From: Vicugna vicugna
Lineage: Eukaryota
Assembly: GCA_013265495.1 (NCBI GenBank)
Contig: MU058153.1
Span: forward strand, 1,304,001 to 1,368,000
Direction: 5' to 3'
Length of the DNA stretch: 64,000 bases
The position numbers were made by a program, and so were the translations under genes. Shown here piece after piece: positions 12,413 to 25,010 of this stretch (position 1 is its first letter; each line of letters opens with the position of its first letter). The notes below the pieces were generated by a model, which did no database searches, had not been told where the DNA came from, and saw only the letters and a program-made list of their open reading frames with translations.

Positions 12413-12830
12413 TGTTATCCATAGGTTTTGCACTGTTTTAAAGAACACCATAAAACCTAATAGCTTAAAATGACAGCTCTGTATTTAGCTTTGATTGTGT
12501 GACTCAACTGGGCAAGACTCAACTAAGCTGAATACTGCTCATTTTAGCTGAACTCATGCATCTTAAGCCACCTGTGGGTCAACTAGGATTCTGGAGGTGA
12601 AGTGATGTGACAAGAGCATCTTGGCCAATTAGCTTGGTGCCAACAGATTCCAAGAGCACAAGGAAGGGAAAGGACGCTATGCCTGAGCACTTTTGAAGTC
12701 TCTGCTGTGGTCCTGTATGCTTTGGTCTCATTGAGCAACACAAGGCACGGGCCCACACCCAGGCACTGTGGGAGGCAGCCGTGGAAATCTGAGGGCTATC
12801 ACCGCAAGAATCTGTGGACCTGATACAGAA
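12413..12830. mobile_element. MLT1 (ERVL-MaLR) solo LTR remnant
   Basis: AACACCATAAAACCTAATAGCTTAAAATGACAGC...ATTTAGCTTTGATTGTGTG...CTGGGCAAGACTCAACT is typical MLT1 sequence. Confidence 0.6.
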
Positions 12831-12921
12831 AACTGTACACACAGTGCAGGGGAAAAATTTCACTGGAGTTGAATTTTGGAGGTTCGGAGGGTGGAGTTTA
12901 TTTCTGGGAACCACTTCTGTG

Positions 12922-13036
12922 TTTTTTTGGGGGGGGAGGTAGGTTTATTTATTTATTTTAATGGAGGTACTGGGGATTGAACTCAGGACCTTGTGCACGC
13001 TAAGCACACAGTCTACCGCTAAGCTATTCCCTCCCC
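12922..13036 (-). mobile_element. tRNA-Ala-derived SINE (vic-1-like)
   Basis: Reverse complement of the SINE head (TGGAGGTACTGGGGATTGAACTCAGGACC...AGCTATTCCCTCCCC) with approximate TSD CCA(C/G)TTCTG. Confidence 0.88.
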
Positions 13037-14309
13037 TGCCAGTTCTGCATAATTCTGAACATCACTTCACCTCTTTGGACTTGGCTTTCTGCATCCCTGG
13101 AGAATAAGCTTGATTGGCCCCAATGTCCTTTCCCTCTCTAATGTTTATGACACACGCTGATTAGTGTTTTGTTTCTGATAGTGTAAACAGAAGGCCATTT
13201 TGAAGCTTAGACTGTCAGATCTGATTTCTTTCAAATAGAGGATGAGAAAAGGACTGAAGTAGCTAAAGTCTTTGTCCTACTGGATTTTTCTGTTCTGTTG
13301 ACCTGTGATTCCACAATTTGGCACCATCTGTCCAATGGTGAGAGGCCACATTGTCCTTATGTTAAGGTTGATTTGTTTATGGAAACAAGTGTGTCAGCAT
13401 TAGTCAGCAAATAAAGGCTCTTATTCTGTATTACTTTTCATTTAAAAAAATAGATGCATGATAATTTTAAAATGTGTTCTTTACTGTTCATCACGTCTTG
13501 GGGAACCTAGATTATTTTCTAGGTTCTATTTGTGACCTGTTTAGTAACTCCAACGATAAATCTTTGACTAGCCAACTTGATTTGTCTAAAGTTGGCACTT
13601 TAATTCCTGCCTAATTATGATATCCACTGTTGTGGAAACACTTCTTACCAGAACCACTCAGCTTGTACTGTGTACCACATGTCAAGGAACTCTATGAAAC
13701 CATATAATGTGATTTTAGAGCTAGAATAAACAACATAAATAACTTTACTCAAATCACTAGTTGTATAGGAGGAAAATAACACCCAGAAAACATAAGCATA
13801 TTGAGTCAAGTCATATGGTGAGAAGACCATACAAATCACAACTCACACTTAGGTTCAACTTCATCCCAAAAATCAGCCTGGACTGGAGTCATTTGATTAC
13901 CTATCGTACACAAGAAGTTGCAAGAATAGTTTCTGCTAAGGCCATTGTAAGCAGACTGGAGGTAATGTGTGGTGCAACTGGCCTCATTATTACATATCTA
14001 CCTTCTACCAGCCATTAGGACAAGCTACTCACTGTCTTTGACGCGCCTGATGCTGGACTCAGTCCATAAGAGACTCTCCAAAAAGTGTTAGTTCTTTCCT
14101 TTCCCCCTTGTATGTACATCAGCTCTCTGGCTCATTTGGGATGGTCTTGGATTGACTGTTGTTTGGGGGAAGATTGATATAAATGAACAAATTTTTTGTT
14201 ATCTGTTTTGATAAAGTGAAGACGACTTTGTGTTCCTTGTTTAATAACTGTCTAAGTGAATCCTTATACTATCTCTAGATGTTGTGTCTTCTAGAAAGTT
14301 AATGGCTGG

Positions 14310-14490
14310 AGTATTGAACTGGGTCAAGAGCTATGGATTCTAGTTCCATTTTGTCATTAGTAAACTCTGTAGTTGTTAAGCCTCAGTTTCCTCCTCTCAA
14401 ATGGGAATAAAACATGTCTGCCTGGCCAACTTTACAGGGTAGTTATAAGGGTCAAAAATTTGTTTTGAAAACAAAAAGTACCAAGTACCC
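14310..14490 (+). mobile_element. MIR SINE
   Basis: GGGTCAAGAGCTATGGATTCTAGTTCC...AAGCCTCAGTTTCCTCCTCTCAAATGGGAATAA. Confidence 0.75.
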
Positions 14491-15144
14491 TACAAAAATA
14501 TGAACTTATTATTGAAACATCTAAAATAAATATTTTTCAAATAATCAGAGCATAATATGACACTAACTTTTATTACATCGTCAAATAGAGACCAGAAAAA
14601 GGCATACTGTAAACACATAGTGAAACCTAGTTTGCCATTGGGATCCTGGAAATGAAAGACTCCTTCAATGCTGGGCGAGAGAGGAGAACTCTGACCTCTA
14701 TTTCTATTCAATGTTCTCTTCTCAAATGTTTACCTGAAACTCCAGCATCTATGGTTCAGTTAACTGAATTTCCTTCACTTTAAACCTCCCTACCCATTTT
14801 CCCATGTTTTCAGTCCCTCTCCTCTTTGTCTGAAGGCTGCAAGAGGTATTGATATTTATTTCAAAAGAAATGTAGTATTTCATTTCATTTCATAGAGAGT
14901 GATGCAGGTACCAAATCCAACAAGAAACACACACACACAACAGCTCTGGCTGTAGTTCCTTATGAATTATCAGATTACGAATTTATACATGCAGTCTTCA
15001 TATTCATCGCATTAGGTTTCCCTTTCCTGCCAGAAAATGTGCACCTGCGTTGGGCTAGAGAGGGGAAAGAACACCCTCGTGGAATATTCCTCAGTCAGAA
15101 GAGAGGGGCTGTCCGTCTCGCTTTAGATTTGATGAGCCACTGAT

Positions 15145-15258
15145 TTGTGATAGTTTCATTTCAGTTTCATTACTGGGCAACCAGAATGAATTGACAGAGA
15201 AAGCAATCAACACATGACGCACCCACTGGAACCTCTAATATGAAGTGTTGGCTGCTTC
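15145..15258. repeat. Copy A of a diverged ~112-bp local repeat of unknown family
   Basis: Aligns to 17340-17450 with 25/29 and 52/68 identities in two blocks (hand count). Confidence 0.85.
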
Positions 15259-15478
15259 TGTCAACACAGCCAATTACCAAAGGTACTCAAAGGATAAGTG
15301 ATAGCCAAAATAAACCACATGGTTCCATGGACCACATCCTGCATAACTATTAGTGAGTGCAGAGTAGACACAGGATGACAGACTGCTTCATCAGGATAAC
15401 ATTTCAGGTGAATGCCCTGTCTGTTCTGCATTCTCCAAGCAAACACAGATGTTTGTGGTAAGATAAGCGCTTAATCTG

Positions 15479-15516
15479 GTGTGTGTGTGTGTGTGTGTGC
15501 TCGCGTGTGCGTGCAC
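15479..15516. repeat. (GT)n microsatellite / alternating purine-pyrimidine tract
   Basis: About 10 GT units followed by CGCGTGTGCGTGCAC. Confidence 0.9.
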
Positions 15517-15821
15517 AGGAAAAAAAAGAGAGAGGGAGGGAGAAAGAGATTGACTACATACTGATGCCAGGGTGTAAGAAATACATCAGGAAAAACAATT
15601 TTTTAAAATAATTGAATTTAATCCTTCCCACCATGTGGGTTGCTTTCTGTGCTAGAGCATGAGTTTGACAGAGGAAATATAGACTCAGACTTCTGGGAAC
15701 TTATTGATTCATGCCTTGCAAACAGCCAACAATTATTCTTTCATTTAACAAATATTTATTGAGCAGTTGCTATGTGCAGACACTCTGTACTAACTAAGCA
15801 ATGGAGATATAATGTCTAAAA

Positions 15822-16228
15822 CAAAATTAATCCTCCCATTTGCAACAACATGGATGGACTTTGAGTGCATTATGCTAAGTGAGATAAGTCAGAGAAAGAC
15901 AAGTACTGTATGACATCACTTTATATGTAGAATCTAAAAAAGTTAAACCTGTGAAAAACAAAGTAAAATGGTGGTTACCAGGGGATTTGAGAGCGGGATA
16001 AGACTGATGGTGTTTGGAGGTACAAACTTGTAATAAGTAGTAAATAAGTCATAGAGATCTAATGTGCAGTACAGTGAACATAGAGAATAATATTGTACTG
16101 TAATATACAGTGTGATAAATATCGCTATGCGGAAAATCACATTACAGTATACAGATGTATTAGAGTAATGTGCTGTACACCTTAAACTTACACAATGTTA
16201 CATGCTAAATGTATTCAATTAAAGAAAA
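15822..16228 (+). mobile_element. L1 (L1M-type) 3' end inserted in an antisense L2
   Basis: CCATTTGCAACAACATGGATGGACTTTGAGTGCATTATGCTAAGTGAGATAAGTCAG...CCTTAAACTTACACAATG. L2 sequence lies on both sides (15740-15815 and 16230-16690). Confidence 0.85.
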
Positions 16229-17339
16229 GATAGACGTGATACTTTTCCACCTGGAATTTATAGTTTGTAAAGGGAGAAAGAAACTTTGGAAATCTGAGCC
16301 CCTCTCGTGTGGGACAAAGGAAGTATAGGATGCTATCTGAGATCCTAATCCAGATGTTGAAATCAATGGAGATTTTAGAAGGAGGGGATGTCCAACCCAA
16401 GACCTAGGAGTTAGCCAGAGAAACTGGGAAAGCAATGATGACTCCTTGCAGTTAAAACAACACCAGTAAAAGTGTGATGGCAAGAAGTGTTCATCATTTT
16501 GTCAGAGTATCTAGAGGTTCATCGGTGTTGGGGAGGGGCAGGAAGAGGTAATAATGGAAAGGTAGGCAGAGAACACATCCAGATGGCTGTAAAATTGGAT
16601 TTTATCCAGTAAGTAGTGACATATGGAAGGATTTTGACCTGTGAAATAGCACAGCCAGATAAACTGTAGTAAATCTAATCATTGCTGTATACAGCTATGT
16701 GCATGTGTGCATGCACACATATGCATACTTTAAATGCAATTTAAAAATAATTCTGGGAACACAAAGGTGGAGGAAAACAACTATTTGGAGAATTTGGTGA
16801 AATATTTAAAGATAATGGAACTTCTAATTTGATTCTTGAACTCTTGTCACTGCATAGTGTTGCAATGTACAGTGCAGCAACAACCCAGTGATGGGGGAAC
16901 CTCTGCCCACACCTGGGGTAATTGGTGTGGGCTTACAGCGTGCCAGGCACTCTGCTGTGGTCTGAGGAAATCACAAGGTCATCAGAAAATCAGACTTTTC
17001 CCCTTGAGGGCTTCCTTTCAGCCTGCTGAGGAAGACACGTCTGTATCTGTCTGTTCTCTGTGAATTGCGGGGAAATTGGATACAGTGCATCTGAGGATTA
17101 TCTGCAGCCTTAGAAAGTATGCCTTGAAATGAACTTTAGGCAGTTTTCTTAGAATCTCCACCATTGGTCTTAATTTTATCCTTTGTACACATATGTTTTG
17201 AAAATCTAAAATGTCTTCCATAGGTTGGTGTGCTGTGTACTTGAAGTGATAAAATGCCCCTTCTTTTTGGTGTTTTCTTGTGGTCTTAAAGGCTAAACTG
17301 CCCCGGTTCCTCTAGCTACCACTCATGGGACATGACGGC

Positions 17340-17450
17340 TTGTGGTGGTTCCATTTCACTTTCATTACAAGTGAAAACTTGGTTGACAGAGAAAGCCATT
17401 AGCACATGACATTACCACTGTAACGTCTACTGTAATCTGTTGGTTGTTTC
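17340..17450. repeat. Copy B of the diverged ~112-bp local repeat
   Basis: Shares CATTTCAnTTTCATTAC, TTGACAGAGAAAGC, CACATGAC, CCACTG and TGTTGG with copy A. Confidence 0.85.
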
Positions 17451-18439
17451 GGCTAGTCCGCCTCCCATCCTGGCTCTTGCACTTAATTACACACTGATCT
17501 GTCTTAGAGTTTGGTTCTAGTTCAGAAATCATGTTCCTTAGGATATTATTTCAATAAAGGACATAGCTTTTTCCACCACTAATTACTTGGAGGGTTATCT
17601 GTAAGAGTCAGTGTTCAGAAGTAGCTTTGATGTCTTCAGGAAATTGGCTTAGAAATGATATATTCACAACCATTGACAACAATGATGATGACTTTACTGC
17701 TGATTTGTTGAGATGACTGATTAGTGGGCCATTTGTAGAGACCCCCTCTCCTTGTTTTCATGCTACTTGTGTGTTAACTTCGATTTTAATAGTGTGGTGT
17801 CTAGAACCAGGTCCTCGGGTGCTCTTCATCCCCCTTCATCTGAGTCTTGACTGCATATTTAAGCTTTGTTTAGCATCCATAGCTGGTCTGTGGCTCAACT
17901 GGTGATGTTTTTCTCTTCAGGACGTGTAATACATCATTAAAGGAAACACATCAGAGGATAGTAGCCGTGAGAAATAAGAAAACAGAAATAACCAAAGTTC
18001 CAGGTACAAGTTTCCATTATTATTAGATACAACATTGCTAGGTTTACTCACGTGTTCAACAGAGGTTTAGTGAGCATTTGTTCACATTTTACATAAAACA
18101 AGACCAATAAAGTTTTATTGAGCTCTGAGTATGTACCGTACCAGACGCTGGAGTACATCGGTGACCCAGGCACCCATAGTCCTCAACTCATGGAGCTTAT
18201 ATTCCAGTTGGTAAAATAGATACCATTCAAATAAATACACAGGATATTTTTCAGTTTCTGATGTGTCCTATAAAGGTAGCAATTCATGGATTGGCTTATA
18301 CTCTTCTGACCTACTTCCCCATTCACAGTATTTTTCTCTCTTTTATTCAAAATTATATCTTACTCTCTAGATTGCTCCACCACCTTTTATCTCAAGTAAT
18401 CAAGGTATCATACTTTTCTTTCTAAGTAAAAAATAAACT

Positions 18440-18790
18440 TCAGCGATATCATTATAATCTCTCCATAGTCTATAATTGCATAAAAGTACCACAATTATTC
18501 CAAAATACCATCTTTGGGGAAATGTAGGCTATTTCTGTCTTTTCCATATTATAAGCATTCTTTTGATACTCATCCTTACAATTACAAAACACATACATCT
18601 TAATTATTGCATCATTATATTTTCCAAAGGGAGCATTACAGTGTCATAAGTTATCTCGATACAAATTACAAAATTGCCTTCCAGAAAAGTTAGATCATTT
18701 TTTCACCAGAACTATTTGGAAGTGCTTATTTTCCTACAACCTTGCCCACACTGGTATTTAAATTTTATTTTTCATTTTAACTCTTAAATA
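18440..18790 (-). mobile_element. Old L1 (L1ME-like) fragment
   Basis: CAAAATTGCCTTCCAGAAAAGTT...GTGCTTATTTTCCTACAACCTTGCCCACACTGG resembles the antisense L1 ORF2 end / 3' region. Confidence 0.55.
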
Positions 18791-20952
18791 TCCTTTGCGA
18801 ATTATCTGACATATTAGGCTGCTACACTTTTCACCATCCTGACCACATGCTTCTCATTCTCAGCCTGCTGCTGGCAGATGTTCTTGGGACAGTGGTCCAA
18901 GTAGACACAATTTTGCTTCCCTCGACATCAGTTCAGGAGCTTCTCCCAGTGCTGCGTCCTCATGAAAGAAGTTTCCCTGTCTGCAACATGCCTTTTATTC
19001 ACCCACTACTTCCTGCCCTTCCAGCTTATCAACGTTTATCCTTGGACAAAAAAAGAGACAAAGGAGGTTTTAATTTTAATTTTTGTTTGGTAACCATGGA
19101 GAGATGATGATGTAGGTACTGAGGGTTCCATTACTCAGAGCTGTAAATTTCATGTGTATAAGTTCTTCAAAAGTTTTTTTTTTTCTTTCTTGTCACAGCA
19201 AAGCTCTTTCACTTTCTTCACTTTCAGTTAACTTCGAAATTGATGTCTAGGATGACTGCCAGTAATATTATATCACCCCATATGTTTTGCTTAATTACAC
19301 TATTTCCTGAATTCATTTTTTGAACTTAAAATTTTCCTCCACCTCATCATCAAAACATTATGAACACTCTCTGTCACACTGAGATTAGAAGATAAAAACC
19401 TCTTTTTAAATTATATCTGTTTGATACGTTTCCAGAGTTTGGGTAGGGGATGATAAATCATCCTGATTATTTAAATCCATATTATAAATCACAGGATATC
19501 TGAATCTTATGGGACATGGAATTGAGTTTAATCTAAATAGCAAGCCCAATAAAATTCTAGCAAGTTTTAGATGTCTTTCAGGTTTAAAGTATATTTTCAA
19601 TTTACAGTACATTAAAGCTCAGGTTACATTTTTCCCTAATGTATTTGTGTTGATTCTATGCATGGTTCATGTCTCAAAACAAGAAAAAAAAAATTCTGCT
19701 TCTTATTAATACTTGTATAATACAGAACACTCATATGCAGTATAACTCAAGTAGAATGCCCTCTAGAGAGCCTTACATTTCCTTTTTATTTTTACATCTT
19801 CAGCAAATCATAAATGATCTTGAGGTCAGTGGAATGAGTTTGCACGCAGATCCTTAAAATTGTGCCAAAAGGCAAACGAAAGATTTACTGACAAAATCAT
19901 GGCACAGATTTTTTTCTTCATTCACCTTACTTCTTTTTTATTACCTAAAAGAAAAGGATAAACACCTAATCCATATCACCAAGCTGTCATAAAAAATTAG
20001 ATGCCCATTTTCACTAGTGTGCTTCTCCATTAAATAGTCTATACTTTCTCTAATATTTTGTTTAAATCTGTACCTTCTTATATTTAAAACTTTTTCTAAT
20101 TCCTCTTACATCCCAACTTTTTTAGTTTGAGGAATTAAAAGAATGCCCTGAAGGCAGAATAAGGGTAGTTGGAGAGACATAAGCAAATCTCTATGGTAAG
20201 CATACAAATAGAAGGGTCATATGTACCAGAGGAACAGAAGTGTTACAATTCTTTAGTGGTCAAATAAAGAGAACAGAGAAGAAAATTATAACATGGATAT
20301 GCTCAGTCATCCAGGGATTTCAAAACTAAGATCTCTGAAGGATATTAATCAATAAGGAAAAAAAAATCAGAGTAGAACCAAAAACAATTCTTATGCTATA
20401 AGATGAGCAACTCCTACCCAGATTTTGCTGTGTCTCAGGTCAACCCTGTAGATGATGTGCCAACAAAGAGCTGCTTCCACCAGAACATGAGGTGGGACCC
20501 ACATTTCTGGGTTCTGTCTAAGAACAAATAGATGAAATATTTGGGTATAGGTCCCAGAAATCTGTATTTTAATAAGCACATCAAATAATTTTTAAGCAAT
20601 TGAAAACTTCAAGCAAAAATGTTGGAATCCGATTTTTCAAAAACAGCAAAGTTAAGCTGTATCTTCAGGCTTATACACACCTATGTGAACTTTTGAAACC
20701 CCAGACAGGCCTTTGGTTACTAATCTTGCTTTCTCTACAATGCTAGACTGGGTATGTATTCATTTTTTTTTTATATTGAACTTCAATTCTCCTTTATACC
20801 ATCTAGTTAGAAAAAGTAAGATACGTGAAGAAAAGCGTGAGGTACAGGACCTTTTTACCTAGGAGATACTATGAAGAAACTGAATGGCCCAGCAGTCCTC
20901 TGTAACACAAGATTTCACACAGTCGGGGCCCAAGGGTTACTGATACGCTCAC

Positions 20953-21034
20953 ACTGGTCATTTCAAATAAGCAATGCCAAAGGTTAATCGCCAAATATCT
21001 GTGCAGAAGAGGTCTCTCTTGGAGTATAAGGTGT
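20953..21034 (-). other. Candidate exon, minus strand (82 nt; alternative donor at 20859)
   Basis: Strong acceptor ccttcttttatttattcatttttttcag|. Donors AGT|gtgagc or TAG|gtaaaa. Reads HLILQERPLLHRYLAINLWHCLFEMTS. Confidence 0.3.
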
Positions 21035-23686
21035 CTGAAAAAAATGAATAAATAAAAGAAGGATTCCCTGACTATACACATTTTAGGCCTTAGAACATAT
21101 CACTGATGAAAACTATGAAGTTGCTTTCTTTAAAGATAATTGTGAATTTTATCTATTTATGTCATACCAGTATAGATCTCCAAAAGTGGATGAGAAAAAA
21201 TAATAATAAAACTCCAAGAGTTAGATAATTGGTAAAGGCTCAAGATTACCATTGAGACCAGCACAGTAGATGGGAGATATCTTTTTTAAAAAGGAAACAG
21301 ACAGAGTACAAAACTACATTTCCCTAATTACGGTTTCATATAATGTGCATACTCCTCTGACTTTCAGTAATAGTAAAACCCATTTGGGAGCACAAAAGAG
21401 TGCCAAAATGTAATAAACCATCTCTTCCCTCTGCCTCCCCCACTTTCCCCTCGTTTTTCTTCTCCGTGTCTCTCCTAGTCTCTGCCTGCTGTGTATTTCC
21501 TGGTCACCTGGTCATGAGCCGTGAACCACAGAGCTATCTTGTACGTTGTTTGGGGTGGTATGTGAGACTAGATTCAGACAGTGTCAAGAGGGTGACCTTG
21601 TAGGTTGGTTGGTCCAGTTGAGTGTTTTATCTGAGAGTGTCCAAGAAGGCATGAGCAAGAATCTGAAGTCAGCTGTTGACAGACTGTTTAGGAAGGCATC
21701 TCTGATGAAGGAAAATGAATGAGCAACTCTCAGGAGGAGGCTTTATCTCTTACTTTACCAGCTCTTCTGTTCCTAGCCATCTCCAGGCTACTCATTTATC
21801 CAAGCCCACTCAAGATAATTCTTAACTGAAGGTCAATGGCCTGCCCTGTTCTCTTAGGAGGAAAAGGCCATTCTGCCAGGAAGATTCATTGTGTCCATAT
21901 CCAAGAGCTGTGTTCTTTCTCTAGCTGACTGGACGCAGGATGACTTGGTTTTCAAACATTTTTATCTTCCATGGTTGTCATGTCCTCAAAACTTCCAGAA
22001 GCCTGGAGCAATGGGGTCCTGAACCACCTTGCCGCTGTCCTTTCACTTTTTTCCATGCATATTCTCAACCCTTCCTGTAGAAGATCACCAACATTTTCTC
22101 ACATCCATTTTTGTCCCCTCAACCCCTCCGTGTTGCCGTACCTTCACCCCTTCCTATACTTCCTTGTCTTACCTATTGCAAAACAATTTACAATACAATT
22201 CCATGCTGGGTCTCTGATTCAGTCTTTCCTGTCTCCCTAGAGTCATGTGTGAATCTAGATCCTACTGTCATATGTCTGTATAGAAATAACATTTCATTTT
22301 AATTTCCCTATGATTTGCCTAGAGAATCCCTAATCAAATTCTGTAAAGTCCCTCATTTTGGAATCTTTGGTTTGAGGGACAGAAAGCATAGCTCTGAGCT
22401 CATGTAATTTCAATTCTTTCTGACAAGGACAGTGTAGAATTCATTAAAGGGCCATTCCTTCCTGTCATATTAATCAGCATCGCAGTTCTCCTTTCGCTTG
22501 GGTTGTGATGTCACTCTTTGGTCCTTGTTTGTTATCGCTGGAGATTCAGAGTCAATGTTCACCTATTTTGAAATTGAACACCCTGCTGTCCTCTACCATT
22601 GTTGTCTTCGTTTTCTCCAGAGAATTATTGCAGTTTTTTGTTTGTTTGTTTGTTTGTTTTCTTTTGCCTGGCTTAGATTCTGTCTGTTAAATCATTCATT
22701 CAAAAGAGAACCAGAGCTGAGAGATTTGTGATGTAATCAAAGTAAAGTGCATTCTTAATCTGTCAATATTCATTCTCAGTTTCCCCATGGATCTTCAGTC
22801 TCTCTTAAGAAAGTCTATTTTTCTAATCTGGGTTATTTTAAAGCAAAACACTTTTGAATTGGCTGCCTAAATCTATCTAAAATGACTTGTTGTGAAATTA
22901 CTTCATTCAAGACAAGCACCATACATAGGCTATTGTGTGGATGGTGGTAAAACCCCCGTATTAATTATGAAGCTTAAGTTTCCACTTAACCATGGAATAT
23001 CCCAACCCCAGTTGAACTGGTTGTGTGTAGCAACTGTGGAGGGCTGTGTAGACTGTCCCTGGATTACATTCTGTCTTTGTGTTATTGTCTTTTTCCTGGC
23101 TTTGTCTCATCTCCCTAATAAGGCTACAGGCTCTCTGAGAGCTTTGTTCTCTTCTGTTACAACCCTTTACCCCTGCCTTTATTTTAATCAATTGCCTAGT
23201 GGCTGCAGTGGACTAACTTATTGATACCTCCTTTCCTTTCCTGAAAGCTAGGTTCTCCAGGACAACATCAAGGCCTTGGTCCTCTACCCAAGCGTAGGGC
23301 AGTCGGCCCAACATTTGTGGGCACTCAGCAAATTGTTCTCGTCCTGGAATTGTATCGAAGACAAATTATTATTTATTTTTATCTCCCAGTAAAGTATGGT
23401 GCATAGTAGGTATTCAACAAACAGTATTTTTAATCACTTTGGATTGCTCCTTCTTGGTATATTTTTTCAGGACAATAAATCTAGATGCTACATTTTATTT
23501 TTTCTATTTTACTATTTAAAGGTGGACTTTCAATAAAAATGATAACTAAGCACTTATGATGAGAGCTGCTAGAAACTCATTCTTTAACCTTTTCAAGCAA
23601 AAAGGTCCATGTCTTCAAGAGTGTTCTAGATCACCTGAATGATTTGTGTCTTTAATTTTTTTAACTAATACATTTTTTTAATTTTG

Positions 23687-23777
23687 ATAGACTTTATTTT
23701 TTAGGGCAGTTTTAGGTTTACAGAAAAAATTTTGTAGATTGGACACAGTTCCTATAAGTTCCCTTCCCTACCACACA

Positions 23778-23825
<48 letters not shown>

Positions 23826-24425
23826 TTTCCCTATTGTTAATATCCCACCTTAGTGTGATACTTTTTTTATGATTGCTGATAATTGTTGAACCAATATTGA
23901 TACATTATTATTAACTAAAGTTCATAGTTTATGTTGGAGTTTACTCTTTGTGCTATAAGTTCTCTGGGTTTTACTAAGTGTATGATGTTTTGTATCCACC
24001 ATTATAAGGTCGTACAGAATAGTTTCACTGCCCTAAACACCACCTGTTCTTCTCTCCCCCACCTATTTGTCACCTCCTTCACTTCCGTGAACTGCTGGCA
24101 GCCACTGATCTTTTTACTGTCTCTATGGTTTCATCTTTTCCAGAATGTCATAGATTTGGGAATCACCAACTACATAGTCTTTCTGTGCTGGCTTCTTTCA
24201 CTTAGCAGTATGCAGTTAATGTTCTTCTGTGTCTTTTTATAGCTTGATAGAGCCTTCCTTTTTATCAGTGGATAGTATTCTGTTATATAGATGTACCGTT
24301 TATTTATCCAGTCACCTACTGAAGGACATCTTGGTTGCTTCCACTTTTGGCCCTTATGAATAAAGCCATTACCTTTGTGGACAGGTTTTTGTGTGGGTAA
24401 GTTTTCAACTCATTTAGGGAATTTT
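23687..24425 (-). mobile_element. L1MC-like 3' end containing (CA)n at ~23780-23822
   Basis: AGACTTTATTTTTTAGGGCAGTTTTAGGTTTACAGAAAA...CACCTACTGAAGGACATCTTGGTTGCTTCC. Confidence 0.85.
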
Positions 24426-24819
24426 TTTTCATTTATTTACCATTTTATTTCTACTCCTGCTAATACACACCAAGTGGTGATGCACTTTGTGATTTCAGAT
24501 ACAGTACTTGTCAATATTTGCGTAGTGAACACAAGGAGGTTATGATACTGGGAAAGTCTGTAAACTGTTGTTTGGGTTTTCAGTGGAAATATTGTGCTTC
24601 AGTTGGGTAGGTAGGCTCAAAAAAAGGTGGATTGAGTTCAAATACTGTGTTTTCAACTTCTCACTCCATGATCCTAGAGAAATTGCTGAACTTTGCCTCA
24701 ATTCCCTCACCTTATCTCAGAATGGGGTGATGGTGGTATAGTACACCTTTGTTTCGATGCTTCAATGAGATAGGATGTGTAAGTGCTAAGAGCAGTGCTT
24801 GATAACAGTGAGCTGTTCT

Positions 24820-25010
24820 GAAACAGGGTCCTACTGTACAGCACCAGGAACTAGATTCAATATCTTGTAACAGCCTATAATGAAAAAGAATATGAAAAGG
24901 AATACATATATATATATATATATAATATATATATATGAAACTAAATCACTATGCTATACAGCAGAAACTAACACAACATTGTAAATTAACTATATTTCAA
25001 TTAAAAAAAA
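24820..25010 (+). mobile_element. Short young L1 3' end (artiodactyl type) inserted in a MIR
   Basis: GTCCTACTGTACAGCACCAGGAACT...CACAACATTGTAAATTAACTATATTTCAATT plus polyA. TSD AGTGAGCTGTTCT (24807) / AGTGAGCTATCCT (25011). Confidence 0.85.

Noticed and set aside
15191..15264. SECIS, H/ACA snoRNA, miR-192/215 or U6 ACAGAGA-box identity for the hairpin
   Set aside because: SECIS helix II cannot form because the 3' side is too short. There is no ANANNA hinge, and copy B lacks ACA. The similarity to miR-192/215 (ATGAATTGACAG) and U6 (ACAGAGAA) covers only a few bases.
15145..17450. Mutually exclusive duplicated coding exons
   Set aside because: Mismatches show no third-position bias, the copies have no parallel splice sites, and shared frames contain stops.
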